A DNA stretch of 64,000 bases from an uncultured Zetaproteobacteria bacterium. Its GTDB lineage: Bacteria > Pseudomonadota > Zetaproteobacteria > Mariprofundales > Mariprofundaceae. Shown piece by piece: positions 1-10,378 of this stretch. The DNA is taken from positions 18,610-82,609 of the forward strand of contig CAZCZU010000006.1 in assembly GCA_964503475.1 (NCBI GenBank), read 5' to 3'. Numbering within the stretch: position 1 is the first letter of the stretch; each line of letters begins with the position of its first letter. The notes below the pieces were generated by a model. The model ran no database searches. It was not told the DNA's origin and worked only from the letters and a program-made list of their open reading frames with translations. The position numbers and the translations under genes are program-made.

Positions 1-695
1 TCGGCCTGGCCATGTTGCTGTTGCTGCTGCAGCCCGATTTCGGCAATGCCGTGTTACTGATCGCCGCCTGCACCTGCATGTGGTTCGTCGGTGGTGTGCC
101 GCTGCGTCATCTGACCGGCCTGGTGATCGCCGTCGTGCCGATCGGCATCATCGGCATCGTCGCCGAGCCCTACCGTATCAAGCGCCTGATCAGTTTCACC
201 GATCCGTGGGCCGATCCCTTCGGCAGCGGCTACCAGCTGGTGCAATCGATGATCGCCTTCGGCTCCGGCGGTATCTCCGGTGCCGGCCTCGGACAGGGCA
301 TCCAGAAGCTCTTCTATCTGCCGGAGGCCTTCACCGATTTCATCGCCGCTGTCATGGCCGAGGAGCTGGGCCTGGGCGGCACCATGGCCCTGATCGCGAT
401 CTTCGCCATCCTGGTCTGGCGCGGCCTGCAACTGGCCGGGCGCGCCAAAAAGCCGTTCGAGCGCCTGCTGGCCGTCGGCTGCACACTGCTGATCGCCTTC
501 AGCTTCATGATCAATCTGGGCGCCGTCATGGGCCTGATCCCGACCAAGGGCATGCCGATCCCGTTCGTCTCCTACGGCGGCAGTGCCCTGTTCGGCAACT
601 GCATCCTGGCCGGCCTGTTGCTGGCCATCCAGCGCCACCAGCCGGAGAACCGGGTATCCCGGCGCGTGCAGCGGCACGAGGAGGCGACGGCATGA
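1..695 (+). CDS. ftsW: FtsW (SEDS family) cell-division protein, C-terminal part; the 5' end lies outside the window
   Basis: ORF 12..695 is a multi-pass membrane protein with the SEDS C-terminal motif (GLIPTKGMPIPFVSYGGSA). It sits directly upstream of murG in a dcw cluster, and its stop overlaps the murG ATG (ATGA at 692-695). Confidence 0.9.
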   Translation, partial: GLAMLLLLLQPDFGNAVLLIAACTCMWFVGGVPLRHLTGLVIAVVPIGIIGIVAEPYRIKRLISFTDPWADPFGSGYQLVQSMIAFGSGGISGAGLGQGIQKLFYLPEAFTDFIAAVMAEELGLGGTMALIAIFAILVWRGLQLAGRAKKPFERLLAVGCTLLIAFSFMINLGAVMGLIPTKGMPIPFVSYGGSALFGNCILAGLLLAIQRHQPENRVSRRVQRHEEATA

Positions 696-1786
696 GCAAC
701 ACCCCCATGCTCTGCATCGCCGGCGGCGGCACGGGCGGGCACGTGATGCCGGCCCTGGCACTGGCCGATGCCGCGCGCGCCCGCTGGCCGGAGCTTAAGG
801 TCGAGTTCATTGGTGCCGAACGGGGCCTGGAAGCACGCCTGCTGCCCGAACGCGGTGAAGAGGTGCTGCTGCTCTCCATGCATGCCGTGCAGGGAGCGGG
901 CCTTCTCCAGCGCCTGAATGTACTGCTGCGCGAACTGCCGAAAGCGGTGCTGCGCATCCGTCGCCACTGGCGCGGACACAAGCCGACCGTGCTGGTCGGT
1001 GTCGGCGGCTATGCCAGTGTCACCGGTGTTGTCGCGGCCCTGATCGGCCGCATCCCGGTGATGCTTTACGAACAGAATGCCGTGCCGGGCCTGGTCAACC
1101 GCACCCTGGCCCGCTTCTGCCGCCATATCATGCTCGGCTTCTCCGAAGCGGGCAGCCGCCTGCCGGCCGGCAGGAGTGTGCACACCGGTAACATCATCCG
1201 TCGCGATATCGTCGCCGGTCACTGGCAGGCGCATACCCCGCCCTGCCTGCTGGTGCTTGGCGGCTCGCAGGGGGCACGCTTTTTGAACGAGACCGTGCCG
1301 GCCGCCTGCCGGCAGCTCGCCGGGCAGGGTATCGCATTCAGCGTACGCCATGTCTGCGGCAAGCACGGCGATGCCGGAGCCCTGGCCGCCGCATACCGCG
1401 ATGCCGGCATCACGGCCGAAGTCGTGCCGTTCTGTGACGATATGCCCGGCTTCTATGCCAGCGGCGACCTGATGATTGCCCGCGCCGGTGCCATGACCGT
1501 CGGTGAGGTGGCGGCCTTCGGCATGCCGACCATTTTCGTGCCGCTGCCGAGTGCTGCCGACAACCATCAGTTCCACAATGCCAAAGCCCTGGTCGACCGC
1601 GATGCAGCCCTGATGGCCGAGCAGGCCTCGATCAGTGCGGCGCAACTGGCCGACAGCATCGCAGGCCTGTTCCGCGAGCCCGAACGGCTGGCAACCATGA
1701 GCGCAGCGGCCCGTACAGCCTTTGTCGGCGATGCCGACCAGCGTCAGCTGGCCCTGCTCGCGCCCTATCTCGGAGGTACGGCATGA
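692..1786 (+). CDS. murG: UDP-GlcNAc:lipid I N-acetylglucosaminyltransferase MurG
   Basis: Start placed at ATG 692 (MSNTPMLCIAGGGTGGHVMPALALA, the MurG G-loop). ORF-track entry 80..1786 is an in-frame upstream extension that overlaps ftsW. dcw synteny supports the call. Confidence 0.95.
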   Translation: MSNTPMLCIAGGGTGGHVMPALALADAARARWPELKVEFIGAERGLEARLLPERGEEVLLLSMHAVQGAGLLQRLNVLLRELPKAVLRIRRHWRGHKPTVLVGVGGYASVTGVVAALIGRIPVMLYEQNAVPGLVNRTLARFCRHIMLGFSEAGSRLPAGRSVHTGNIIRRDIVAGHWQAHTPPCLLVLGGSQGARFLNETVPAACRQLAGQGIAFSVRHVCGKHGDAGALAAAYRDAGITAEVVPFCDDMPGFYASGDLMIARAGAMTVGEVAAFGMPTIFVPLPSAADNHQFHNAKALVDRDAALMAEQASISAAQLADSIAGLFREPERLATMSAAARTAFVGDADQRQLALLAPYLGGTA

Positions 1787-3165
1787 AAGCCCGAATCCAG
1801 CGCATCCACTTCACCGGCATCGGTGGTATCGGCATGAGCGGCATTGCCGAAGTGCTGCACAACCAGGGCTTTGTCGTGCAGGGCTCGGATGCAGCCGAGA
1901 GCAACAACGTGAAGCGCCTGCGCGAACTCGGCATCCCTATCGATATCGGTCATGCGGCGGAGAACCTGCGCAATGCCGAAGTGGTGGTCGTCTCCTCGGC
2001 CATCGCCCGGGAAAACCCGGAGATCGCCGCTGCCTTTGAGCGCGGTATCCCGGTCATTCCGCGCGCCGAGATGCTGGCCGAGCTGATGCGTATGAAACAG
2101 GGCATCGCCATCGCCGGCAGCCACGGCAAGACGACCATCACCTCGATGATCGCCCACGGCATGGAGGTGGCGGGACTCGATCCGACCTACGTCATCGGCG
2201 GACGCCTGATGGCCAGCGGCAGCAATGCCAAGCTGGGCGGCAGCCCGTGGCTGGTGGCCGAGGCCGACGAGAGCGACGGCTCCTTCCTGCGCCTGACCCC
2301 GACCATCACCGTGGTCAGCAACATCGATCCGGAGCATCTCGACCACTACGGCGACTTCGATCACCTGATGGGTGCTTTCCGCCACTTTGTCGGGCTGACC
2401 CCCTTCTACGGACGGGTGGTGCTGCACCATGAGCATCCGAATGTCGCCGCCCTGCGCGAAGGGCTGCACCGGCCGCTGACCACCTACGGCAGCAGCCCGC
2501 AGGCCGACATTCACCTGATCGATGCGGAGCCGGCCGGCAATGCCCAGAAGCTGACCGTCGGCCTGCGCGAGCAGGGCGACACCGTGACGCTGCGCCTGCC
2601 CATGCCCGGTCGTCACAACGCCGAAAACGGTTTGGCCGCCATGGCGGTACTGCTTGACCTGGGAGTCGACATGGCCCTGATCCGGGAGGCGATGGAGAGC
2701 TTTGCCGGCATCCAGCGCCGCTTCCAGTGCGTTAAGCAAGGCGACGGCGTGCTGGTCGATGACTACGCCCACCATCCGAAGGAGATCATCGCCACCCTGC
2801 AGGCCGCACGCGAATGCTGGCCGGAGAAGCAGCTCAGCGTGATCTTCCAGCCGCATCGCTACAGCCGCACCCGCGACCTGATGGACGATTTCCTCGGTGC
2901 ATTCGACGAGGCGCATCGGGTGCACCTGTTGCCCATCTATGCCGCCAGCGAAGCGCCGATCGAAGGCGTGGATTCGGAGGCCCTGATGCAGGGCATGCGC
3001 CGGCGCGGCCATCGCCAGGTCGAACTCTGTGCCGATCTCGATGCGGCCCGCGAACTGGCGTTGCAGGAGCTCGACAGTGGCCATATCGTGCTGCTCATCG
3101 GAGCAGGCTCCATCGGCACGCTGGCCCAGCAATTACGAGAAGCCATTGCCGGAGGCCCGGCATGA
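1783..3165 (+). CDS. murC: UDP-N-acetylmuramate--L-alanine ligase MurC
   Basis: 460 aa with the Mur ligase N-terminus (IHFTGIGGIGMSGIAEVL) and P-loop GSHGKTT. ATGA overlap with the murG stop. Confidence 0.95.
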   Translation: MKARIQRIHFTGIGGIGMSGIAEVLHNQGFVVQGSDAAESNNVKRLRELGIPIDIGHAAENLRNAEVVVVSSAIARENPEIAAAFERGIPVIPRAEMLAELMRMKQGIAIAGSHGKTTITSMIAHGMEVAGLDPTYVIGGRLMASGSNAKLGGSPWLVAEADESDGSFLRLTPTITVVSNIDPEHLDHYGDFDHLMGAFRHFVGLTPFYGRVVLHHEHPNVAALREGLHRPLTTYGSSPQADIHLIDAEPAGNAQKLTVGLREQGDTVTLRLPMPGRHNAENGLAAMAVLLDLGVDMALIREAMESFAGIQRRFQCVKQGDGVLVDDYAHHPKEIIATLQAARECWPEKQLSVIFQPHRYSRTRDLMDDFLGAFDEAHRVHLLPIYAASEAPIEGVDSEALMQGMRRRGHRQVELCADLDAARELALQELDSGHIVLLIGAGSIGTLAQQLREAIAGGPA

Positions 3166-4052
3166 ACTGGCAGCAGCAACTGATGCAGCAGGGCAGCCTA
3201 AGCGAGCAGGAGCCGCTGGCGCCACGTACCACCTTCGGTATCGGCGGACCGGCCCGCTGGTTCTTTGCCCCCGTCTCCATCGAGGCGCTGGCCGAGGCCA
3301 TGCCATCGCTTCCGGCCGATATGCCGCGCCTGGTCCTGGGTCGCGGCAGCAACCTGCTGGTATCCGATGACGGTTTCGACGGCCTAGTGGTCGATCTTTC
3401 GGCCATCAACGCCATCCGCGTGGAAGGACAGAAGCTTTATGCCGAGGCAGGCGCCCGCATGAGTAAAATCGCCCAGCATGCCGCCAGTGCCGGACTGGCC
3501 GGGCTTGAGTTCATGGCCACGGTGCCGGGCGATCTCGGTGGTGGCGTGGCCATGAATGCCGGCGCCTTCGGTCAGCAGGTCTCCGACACCCTGACCCATA
3601 TCGAGGTGGTGCTCACCGATGGCAGCCGCCAGCAACTGGAACGCGATCAGCTGGCCATGCGCTACCGTCATACCGAACTGCCGGCTGGCGCCATCATCGT
3701 CAGTGCCACCTTCGCCCTGGCAACGGGGGATGTGGAAGCGCTGCGCGAGCGCATGCGCAGCATGCGCCAGCAACGCAGCGATACGCAGCCGCTGGCCATG
3801 CCCAACTGCGGCTCGGTATTCAAGAACCCGCCCGGCGATCATGCCGCCCGCCTGATCGAGGCGGTCGGCCTGAAAGGACTGCGCCATGGCCAGGCCTGCA
3901 TCTCCAGCCGCCATGCCAACTTCATCGTCAACGAGGGGCATGCCAGTGCCGCCGATGTGCTGGCCCTGATCCGGGCGGCACGGGCGGCGGTGAAGGAGCA
4001 GTTCGGCGTGGAGCTTGAGCCGGAAGTTCGCATCCTGGGAGAGCAGCCATGA
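3162..4052 (+). CDS. murB: UDP-N-acetylenolpyruvoylglucosamine reductase MurB
   Basis: Start at ATG 3162 (MNWQQQL...). FAD-binding motifs TTFGIGGPARWF and GRGSNLLVSD are present. ATGA overlap with the murC stop. ORF-track start 2814 is an extension inside murC. Confidence 0.93.
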   Translation: MNWQQQLMQQGSLSEQEPLAPRTTFGIGGPARWFFAPVSIEALAEAMPSLPADMPRLVLGRGSNLLVSDDGFDGLVVDLSAINAIRVEGQKLYAEAGARMSKIAQHAASAGLAGLEFMATVPGDLGGGVAMNAGAFGQQVSDTLTHIEVVLTDGSRQQLERDQLAMRYRHTELPAGAIIVSATFALATGDVEALRERMRSMRQQRSDTQPLAMPNCGSVFKNPPGDHAARLIEAVGLKGLRHGQACISSRHANFIVNEGHASAADVLALIRAARAAVKEQFGVELEPEVRILGEQP

Positions 4053-4966
4053 GTACCATGCCAGCCATCCCCTTTGCCAAAGTCGGCGTACTGATGGGCG
4101 GCAGCTCCAGCGAGCGCGAGATCTCGCTGCGCTCCGGTAATGCTGTGCTGAAAGCACTGCAGGGTGCCGGCGTGCATGCCGTCGGCATCGACCTGAACGG
4201 CGACTGGGCGGCCCAGATCCGCGAAGCCGGTATCGATGCCGCCTTCATCGCCCTGCACGGCACACTGGGTGAAGACGGCTGCATCCAGGGCATGCTGGAG
4301 ATCATGCAGATTCCCTACACCGGCTCCGATGTGCTCGCCTCGGCCCTGTGCATGGACAAACGCCTGACCAAGGCCGTGCTGCACGATCATGGCCTGAAGG
4401 CACCGGTCGATATCCCGATCAGGGAAGATGGTCCGATCCGCTATCCGGTCATCCTCAAGCCGGTGGCCGAAGGCTCCAGTGTCGGGCTGCACCGCCTGCA
4501 CGAGAAGGCCGACTGGCTGGCCCTGCAGATCGACAATCGGGAGCGCTGGATGGCCGAGCTGCCGGTCACAGGCGTGGAGATCGCCGTGGCCGTGCTCGAA
4601 GGCGAGGCTCTGCCGCCGGTCGAGGTCGCCCCCAAATCGGGCGTCTACGACTACGCCTCCAAGTACACGGCCGGTGCCACCGAATACTATTGCCCGGCCC
4701 GTATTCCGCCGGAAATCCTGCGCCACTGCATGGAGGTGGCCGAAAAGGCGGTCGCGGCGACCGGCTGCAAGGGAGCACCGCGCGTGGACATGATCGTCGC
4801 TGATGGCGGTGAGCCGGCTATCCTGGAGGTGAACACCATCCCCGGCATGACCGAGACCAGCCTGCTACCCAAATCGGCAGCAAGCTCCGGCATCGATTTC
4901 CCCGAGCTTTGCCTGCGCATTCTGGCGAAGGCCGCCTGTCACCTGCGTGCGGGAGGAACGGCATGA
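4049..4966 (+). CDS. ddl: D-alanine--D-alanine ligase
   Basis: 305 aa ATP-grasp protein with motifs GGSSSEREISLRSG, HGTLGEDGCIQGMLE and EVNTIPGMT. Overlaps the murB stop. Confidence 0.95.
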   Translation: MSTMPAIPFAKVGVLMGGSSSEREISLRSGNAVLKALQGAGVHAVGIDLNGDWAAQIREAGIDAAFIALHGTLGEDGCIQGMLEIMQIPYTGSDVLASALCMDKRLTKAVLHDHGLKAPVDIPIREDGPIRYPVILKPVAEGSSVGLHRLHEKADWLALQIDNRERWMAELPVTGVEIAVAVLEGEALPPVEVAPKSGVYDYASKYTAGATEYYCPARIPPEILRHCMEVAEKAVAATGCKGAPRVDMIVADGGEPAILEVNTIPGMTETSLLPKSAASSGIDFPELCLRILAKAACHLRAGGTA

Positions 4967-5724
4967 CCACGCGACCGAATCAGCGCCGCATCCAGGACGA
5001 AGTGCGTCAGCAGCGGCGGGCCCTCATCCGTAGCCGTCTCGCCTCGACCGGCATGGGCGTTCTGGGCCTTGCCCTGCTGGGCGGCGGGCTGTGGTCGCTG
5101 AATCACATGCTCGGTATCGATCAGTGGCAGATTTCGGCCAGCAGCAGCCTGAAGCGCCAGATCGACCGCGAACTGAGCGGCATGGGCCCGCTCGATTTCT
5201 GGCATTCGCAACCGGATGCACTGCGCCGCCAGCTGAGCGCAGCCCTGCCGGATATCGCCAGCATCCGTATCCAGCGCCAGCTGCCGAACCGCCTAGTCAT
5301 CGAGGCGGAGGCACGCATACCGGTCGCCCTGTGGCAGCAGGAGGATGAGCATATCTGGCTGGTTGATAAACAGGGCGAGGCATACCGGCCCATGCGTCGC
5401 AACGAGGCCTATAACCTGCCGCTGCTGCGCATGCCGCGCCGGCAACTGGCCGCGGCCAGCCGCCTGCTGACCAGCATGGCCCAAACCGACCCGGCCCGTC
5501 TCGCTCAGCTGAGCGAACTGATCGATGACGGCAACGGCTGGAAACTGAACCTGGCCCGTGGCCAGCAGTGGCGCCTCTCCTATGGCACAACGGCCATCCG
5601 CCAGCTGGCGCGCCTGGAGGCGCTGCTTGCGCAGCCACGCTGGCGCAGCGGCCACTGGCGAATCAACACACGACTGGGATCGCGCTGGTTTTTACGGCCT
5701 GCCGATCCGCAGGGGGTGATATAA
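4963..5724 (+). CDS. ftsQ: Cell-division protein FtsQ
   Basis: Start ATG 4963 overlaps the ddl stop. Basic N-terminus, one TM helix (GVLGLALLGGGLWSL) and a POTRA-like region. Located between ddl and ftsA. Confidence 0.85.
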   Translation: MTTRPNQRRIQDEVRQQRRALIRSRLASTGMGVLGLALLGGGLWSLNHMLGIDQWQISASSSLKRQIDRELSGMGPLDFWHSQPDALRRQLSAALPDIASIRIQRQLPNRLVIEAEARIPVALWQQEDEHIWLVDKQGEAYRPMRRNEAYNLPLLRMPRRQLAAASRLLTSMAQTDPARLAQLSELIDDGNGWKLNLARGQQWRLSYGTTAIRQLARLEALLAQPRWRSGHWRINTRLGSRWFLRPADPQGVI

Positions 5725-6957
5725 ATGTCGAAGCATGATCAGCTACTCGTCGGACTCGATATCGGCACCAGCAAGATCGCCTGCGTGGTGGCCGAATCGG
5801 CGCCCGACGGCAAGCTGGATGTCATCGGGATCGGCACGCATCCGTCGCGCGGCCTGCGCAAGGGTGTGGTCGTCAATATCGAGAGTACGGTCGAATCGAT
5901 CCGTCTGGCCATCGAGGAGGCGGAGCTGATGGCCGGCGTCGATATCCAGAACGTCTATGTCGGCATTGCCGGCAGCCATATCCGCGGCTGCAACTCGCAT
6001 GGCGTCGTCGCCACCAAGGCGGGTGAAGTGACGCAGGAGGATGTGTCGCGCGCCATCGATGCGGCCAGCGCGATGAATATCCCGGCCGACCAGAAGATCC
6101 TGCATATCCTGCCGCAGGAATACATCATCGATAACCAGGATGGTATCCGCGAGCCGGTGGGCATGAGCGGCGTACGCCTGGAGGCGAAGGTGCACATGGT
6201 GACCGGGGCCGTCTCCTCGGCCCAGAACATCATCAAGTGCTGCAACCGCTGCGATCTCGATGTGGCCGACATGGTGCTGGAGCAGGTTGCCTCCAGTGAA
6301 GCGGTACTGAGCCAGGACGAGAAGGATATCGGTGTGGTACTGGTCGACATCGGCGGCGGCACCACCGATATCGCCATCTTCATCGACGGCGCTATCCGCC
6401 ATACGGCGGTTATCCCCATCGGCGGTGATCACCTGACCAACGACCTGGTGGTCGGCCTGCGCACCTCGGCCCGCGAGGCGGATCAGCTGAAGAAGAAGTA
6501 CGGCAGCTGCATGGTCGAACTGGTCGCTCCGGAAGACCAGGTCGAGGTACCGAGCGTCGGCGGTCGCGCCCCGCGCCCGATGCCACGCCAGGTGATGGCC
6601 CAGATTCTGGAGCCGCGCGTGCAGGAGCTGTTCGAGCTGATCAAGGCCGAACTGCAGCGCTCCGGCTACCGCGAGCTGATCGCGGCAGGCGTGGTCCTGA
6701 CCGGAGGCAGTGCCCTGCTGCAGGGCATGGTGGAGCTCGCCGAGGAGACATTCGACGGATTGCCGGTCCGGCTCGGACGCTCGCAGGGCGTGGGCGGACT
6801 GGTCGATGTGGTATCAAGCCCGATCTACGCCACCGGCGTGGGCCTGATTCTCTACGGCCAGCGCTACCGGCAACACACTCCGATCCAACGATCGGAGGGT
6901 CACGTATTCGCAAAGGTATGGAAACTGATGCGAGGCTGGTTCGGAGATCCAGCATGA
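5725..6957 (+). CDS. ftsA: Cell-division protein FtsA (actin-like ATPase)
   Basis: 410 aa with LVGLDIGTSKIACVV and VDIGGGTTDIAIF phosphate-binding motifs. Starts immediately after the ftsQ stop. Confidence 0.95.
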   Translation: MSKHDQLLVGLDIGTSKIACVVAESAPDGKLDVIGIGTHPSRGLRKGVVVNIESTVESIRLAIEEAELMAGVDIQNVYVGIAGSHIRGCNSHGVVATKAGEVTQEDVSRAIDAASAMNIPADQKILHILPQEYIIDNQDGIREPVGMSGVRLEAKVHMVTGAVSSAQNIIKCCNRCDLDVADMVLEQVASSEAVLSQDEKDIGVVLVDIGGGTTDIAIFIDGAIRHTAVIPIGGDHLTNDLVVGLRTSAREADQLKKKYGSCMVELVAPEDQVEVPSVGGRAPRPMPRQVMAQILEPRVQELFELIKAELQRSGYRELIAAGVVLTGGSALLQGMVELAEETFDGLPVRLGRSQGVGGLVDVVSSPIYATGVGLILYGQRYRQHTPIQRSEGHVFAKVWKLMRGWFGDPA

Positions 6958-7018
6958 GGAAGAGAGCGGAGGACAGGATGTACACAACAACAGAGGAAAA
7001 AGGTTAAGGAGGAAAACC

Positions 7019-8188
7019 ATGGCAATGTTATACACACTGGAAGACACCAGCGCCCAGTCAGCCAAGATCAAGGTGATTGGCGTCGGTGGCGGCGGCGGCA
7101 ACGCCCTCAACAACATGATTGATCAACAGCTGCGCGGCGTCGACTTCATCGTCGCCAATACCGATGCGCAGGCCATCGAGCAGAGCAAGGCGGAGACCCG
7201 CCTGCAACTGGGTGCCGACATCACCCGCGGCCTCGGTGCCGGCGCCAGCCCGAATGTCGGGCGCGAGGCGGCGGAAGTCGAGCGTGAGCGTCTGCGCGAA
7301 TTCTTCCTCGACACCGACATGGTGTTCATCACTGCCGGCATGGGCGGCGGCACCGGTACCGGTGCGGCTCCGGTCATCGCCGAAGTGGCACACGAGATGG
7401 GCGTACTGACGGTGGCCGTGGTCACCAAGCCGTTCAACTTCGAGGGCAAGCGTCGCCTGCGTCAGGCGGAAGCGGGTATCGAGGAGCTGCGCAAGCATGT
7501 CGATACGCTGATCACCATCCCGAACCAGAAGCTGATCGGGGCGGTAGGCAAGAACACCTCGATGCTGGAGGCGTTCCGCAAGGCCGATGACGTATTGTTG
7601 CAGGCCGTACGTGGTATCTCCGAGCTGATCACCCACACCGGCTACATGAATGTCGACTTTGCCGATGTGAAGGCGGTAATGAGCGAGACACGCGGCATGG
7701 CCATGATGGGCTCGGGCCTGTCGGGCGGCGAGAACCGTGCCTGCGAAGCAGCCGAACACGCCATCTCCTCGCCGCTGCTGGAGGACGTCGATATCCACGG
7801 TGCCCGCGGCATCCTGGTCAACGTCACCGGTAACGAGGACATGACCCTGGCCGAGTACGACGAAGCCGTCTCGATTATCCAGAACATGGCCGATGAAGAT
7901 GCGAACATCATCTGCGGCATGGTCTACGACAAGGATGTCGGCGACGAGATCCGTGTCACCGTCGTGGCCACCGGCCTGAATGCTGCCGCATCGCCGAAGG
8001 TGACTCTGGTCGCCTCGGCCGGCGACAGCTTCAAGCTGCCGTCGGCTCCCGGCATCCAGCAGCCGATGTTCGCCCAGAGCGAACAGGCCAGCCCTGCGTC
8101 ACCGATGCCCAAGCCGTTCGGTCAGGAGAACCTGTACGACGAGGAGGCCCTCGCCGTACCGACCTGGATCCGCCGACAGGCGGATTGA
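7019..8188 (+). CDS. ftsZ: Cell-division GTPase FtsZ
   Basis: 389 aa with tubulin signature GGGTGTGAAPVIA and C-terminal conserved peptide VPTWIRRQAD. An AAGGAGG Shine-Dalgarno lies upstream. Confidence 0.97.
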   Translation: MAMLYTLEDTSAQSAKIKVIGVGGGGGNALNNMIDQQLRGVDFIVANTDAQAIEQSKAETRLQLGADITRGLGAGASPNVGREAAEVERERLREFFLDTDMVFITAGMGGGTGTGAAPVIAEVAHEMGVLTVAVVTKPFNFEGKRRLRQAEAGIEELRKHVDTLITIPNQKLIGAVGKNTSMLEAFRKADDVLLQAVRGISELITHTGYMNVDFADVKAVMSETRGMAMMGSGLSGGENRACEAAEHAISSPLLEDVDIHGARGILVNVTGNEDMTLAEYDEAVSIIQNMADEDANIICGMVYDKDVGDEIRVTVVATGLNAAASPKVTLVASAGDSFKLPSAPGIQQPMFAQSEQASPASPMPKPFGQENLYDEEALAVPTWIRRQAD

Positions 8189-8460
8189 TCCTTAGCCGGC
8201 GGCCCGGATCGGGCCGCCCGGGAGGGTGGAATCGTTCCATCCATCCCCTTCGGCAGTGACCGCATCGTGCGGCCGCTGCCAGCACCCTCCGCCAGGGCAC
8301 AGGTTGGCCATGCTTTGCAGCCATGGTCAAAACATGGCAACCTGTGCCCTTCCTCTGGCCTGGGTGTGCCGGGTATCACAGTACGCTGTGTATTCCGGCC
8401 TTACGGTTTGCTTGCCGCTTGAAGCGGCGAATGACGGAGAGACGTGGGAGAGCGTTGCCT

Positions 8461-9366
8461 ATGATTCCACAACGTACACTGGACCATTCGATCCGCTGCA
8501 GCGGCATCGGACTCCATTCCGGTAAGAAGATTCAGCTTGTTCTGCATCCTGCGGAAGAGGATCATGGCATCACGTTCAGTCGCTCCGACCTCGGCACCGT
8601 CATTCCCGCCAAAGCCAAATACGTCACCGATACCCGTCTCTGCACCACCATCGGCAAGGATGGCGCCCATATCTCCACCGTCGAACACCTGCTTTCCGCC
8701 CTGGCCGGACTCGGTATCGACAATGCCCATATTGAAGTAAGCGGCCCGGAAGTCCCCGTCATGGACGGCTCCTCCGCCCCCTTCGTATTCCTGATCCAGT
8801 GCGCCGGCGTGCGCGAACAGAAAAAGGCCAAGAAGGTGATGCGCATCCTCAAGCGCGTCAGCGTCGAAGAGGACAACAAGAAGTGCGCCCTTTACCCGGC
8901 TGCCGGTTTCTCGGTCTCCTATCTGGTCGACTACGATCACCCGCTGCTGCGCCAGCGCGCCATCACCATCGATTTTGCCCGTCACGCCTACACCCGTGAG
9001 GTGAGCCGGGCACGCACCTTCGGCTTCCTGCATGAGATCGAATCGCTGCAGAAGGCGGGTCTGGCCCTGGGCGGCTCTCTGGAAAATGCCATCGTTCTCG
9101 ACCAGTACCGCGTCATCAACGAGAGTGGGCTGCGCTACGAGGACGAGTGCGTACGCCACAAGATTCTCGACACCATCGGCGACCTGTCGCTGGCCGGCCT
9201 GCCGATTGTCGGCGCCTTCGAGGGCGAGCGTACCGGCCATGAGATGAACCACCGCCTGGTCACGGCCCTCCTGGCCGACGAATCGGCCTGGCGCATCGAG
9301 GAGCTGCAACAGGCCCCGATGGTCGAGGAGGAGCAGGCAGCGGCCCTGAAACCGCAGCAGGCCTGA
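8461..9366 (+). CDS. lpxC: UDP-3-O-acyl-N-acetylglucosamine deacetylase LpxC
   Basis: Start at ATG 8461 (MIPQRTLDHSIRCSGIGLHSGKK), the typical LpxC N-terminus. Classical position after ftsZ. The ORF-track start at 8323 adds an unlikely 46-aa extension. Confidence 0.95.
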   Translation: MIPQRTLDHSIRCSGIGLHSGKKIQLVLHPAEEDHGITFSRSDLGTVIPAKAKYVTDTRLCTTIGKDGAHISTVEHLLSALAGLGIDNAHIEVSGPEVPVMDGSSAPFVFLIQCAGVREQKKAKKVMRILKRVSVEEDNKKCALYPAAGFSVSYLVDYDHPLLRQRAITIDFARHAYTREVSRARTFGFLHEIESLQKAGLALGGSLENAIVLDQYRVINESGLRYEDECVRHKILDTIGDLSLAGLPIVGAFEGERTGHEMNHRLVTALLADESAWRIEELQQAPMVEEEQAAALKPQQA

Positions 9367-9385
9367 TCCGCTTTATCCACACAAA

Positions 9386-9420
9386 CAAAAAAAGGCAGGC
9401 CAATCGGCCTGCCTTTTTTA
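9386..9420. terminator. Bidirectional rho-independent terminator between the convergent genes lpxC and nagZ
   Basis: GGCAGGCC (9393-9400), loop AATC, GGCCTGCC (9405-9412). An A-run lies on the left and a T-run on the right, so it can terminate both strands. Confidence 0.8.
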
Positions 9421-9438
9421 TTGCCCGCCGCTGGCGGC

Positions 9439-10323
9439 TTACAGGTCGTAAAAGAGGCGCACACCCGCCGGCTCGCAAACCAGCAGCACATCGCAGCCGG
9501 CCGCACGAGCAGCATCGGCAGCACTGCGCGGGTCATTGCCCACCCCCTTCATGCAGAGGTCATCGCTCCAGATACGTCCCTCGTAGCCGAACTCGTCACG
9601 CAACACATCCTGCAACCAGTAGGGCGAAAGGGTCGCCACCTCCTCATCCACGGCGGTGTAACGGACATGGGCTGTCATGATGTGTTCAAGGCCACCCGCA
9701 ATCGCGAGTATCTTGAATGGATCCATCTCGATAACCAGCTCATCCCTGTCAATGTCAACCTCGGGGATGGCCACATGCGAATCGGCATTGGCACGCCCAT
9801 GCCCCGGAAAATGCTTGCCGACTGCGGCAATGCCGGCCGCCTGCAGCCCCTGCACACAGGCGCCACCCAGAGCCGTGACCATCGGCATGGAATCGCTGTA
9901 GGCGCGCTCGCCGATAATGGCATCACCACTCTCGTGATAGACATCCAGCACCGGCGCGCAGTTGTGGGTGAAGCCGAGCGCCTTCAGCGCCTCGCCCGTG
10001 GTATAGGCATCGTCGTAGACCTGTTGGATTGCATCGGCGGGGTCAGACCGGAAAAGGCGCCCGTACTCCGCCGCCTGCTTGCGGTTGTTGAACGGCGCCC
10101 ATGGCATGCGGTTGACCCGGCCACCCTCCTCATCGATGGCGGCCCAGGTCTGCTCGCCGGTGGCGGCACGCACCTCGTCCAGCAGGGCCTTTACCTGCCC
10201 GGGGCTCTCGATGTTGCGGGCAAAGAGAATGACCCCCAGCGGCGGCCGCGATTGCAGCCAGTCTCTCTCTTCGTCGGTCAGGGTCAGTCCCTGCAGACCT
10301 ATAATCATTTGCTTATACATCAC
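9439..10323 (-). CDS. nagZ: Beta-N-acetylhexosaminidase NagZ (GH3), peptidoglycan recycling
   Basis: 294 aa with GH3 motifs (IDEEGGRVNR, KHFPGHG). Last gene of a minus-strand operon. Confidence 0.85.
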   Translation of the reverse strand: MMYKQMIIGLQGLTLTDEERDWLQSRPPLGVILFARNIESPGQVKALLDEVRAATGEQTWAAIDEEGGRVNRMPWAPFNNRKQAAEYGRLFRSDPADAIQQVYDDAYTTGEALKALGFTHNCAPVLDVYHESGDAIIGERAYSDSMPMVTALGGACVQGLQAAGIAAVGKHFPGHGRANADSHVAIPEVDIDRDELVIEMDPFKILAIAGGLEHIMTAHVRYTAVDEEVATLSPYWLQDVLRDEFGYEGRIWSDDLCMKGVGNDPRSAADAARAAGCDVLLVCEPAGVRLFYDL

Positions 10324-10378
10324 TGTAACCTAACCCGCCCCAACTGAAAAAACACCTGCGAAACGCAAACGGCCGCAA

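Noticed and set aside
8323-8460. N-terminal extensions suggested by the ORF track for lpxC (8323), murG (80), murB (2814), ftsQ (4909), surA (14999), the MFP (25030), SPFH (30007), xerD (40389), HTH-ImmA (51608), Mth938 (62376) and the lipoprotein (62310).
   Set aside because: In each case an internal ATG or GTG gives the family-typical N-terminus or signal peptide. It also produces the start/stop overlap or a short gap with the upstream gene. The extension would overlap a neighbouring gene or the tRNA.
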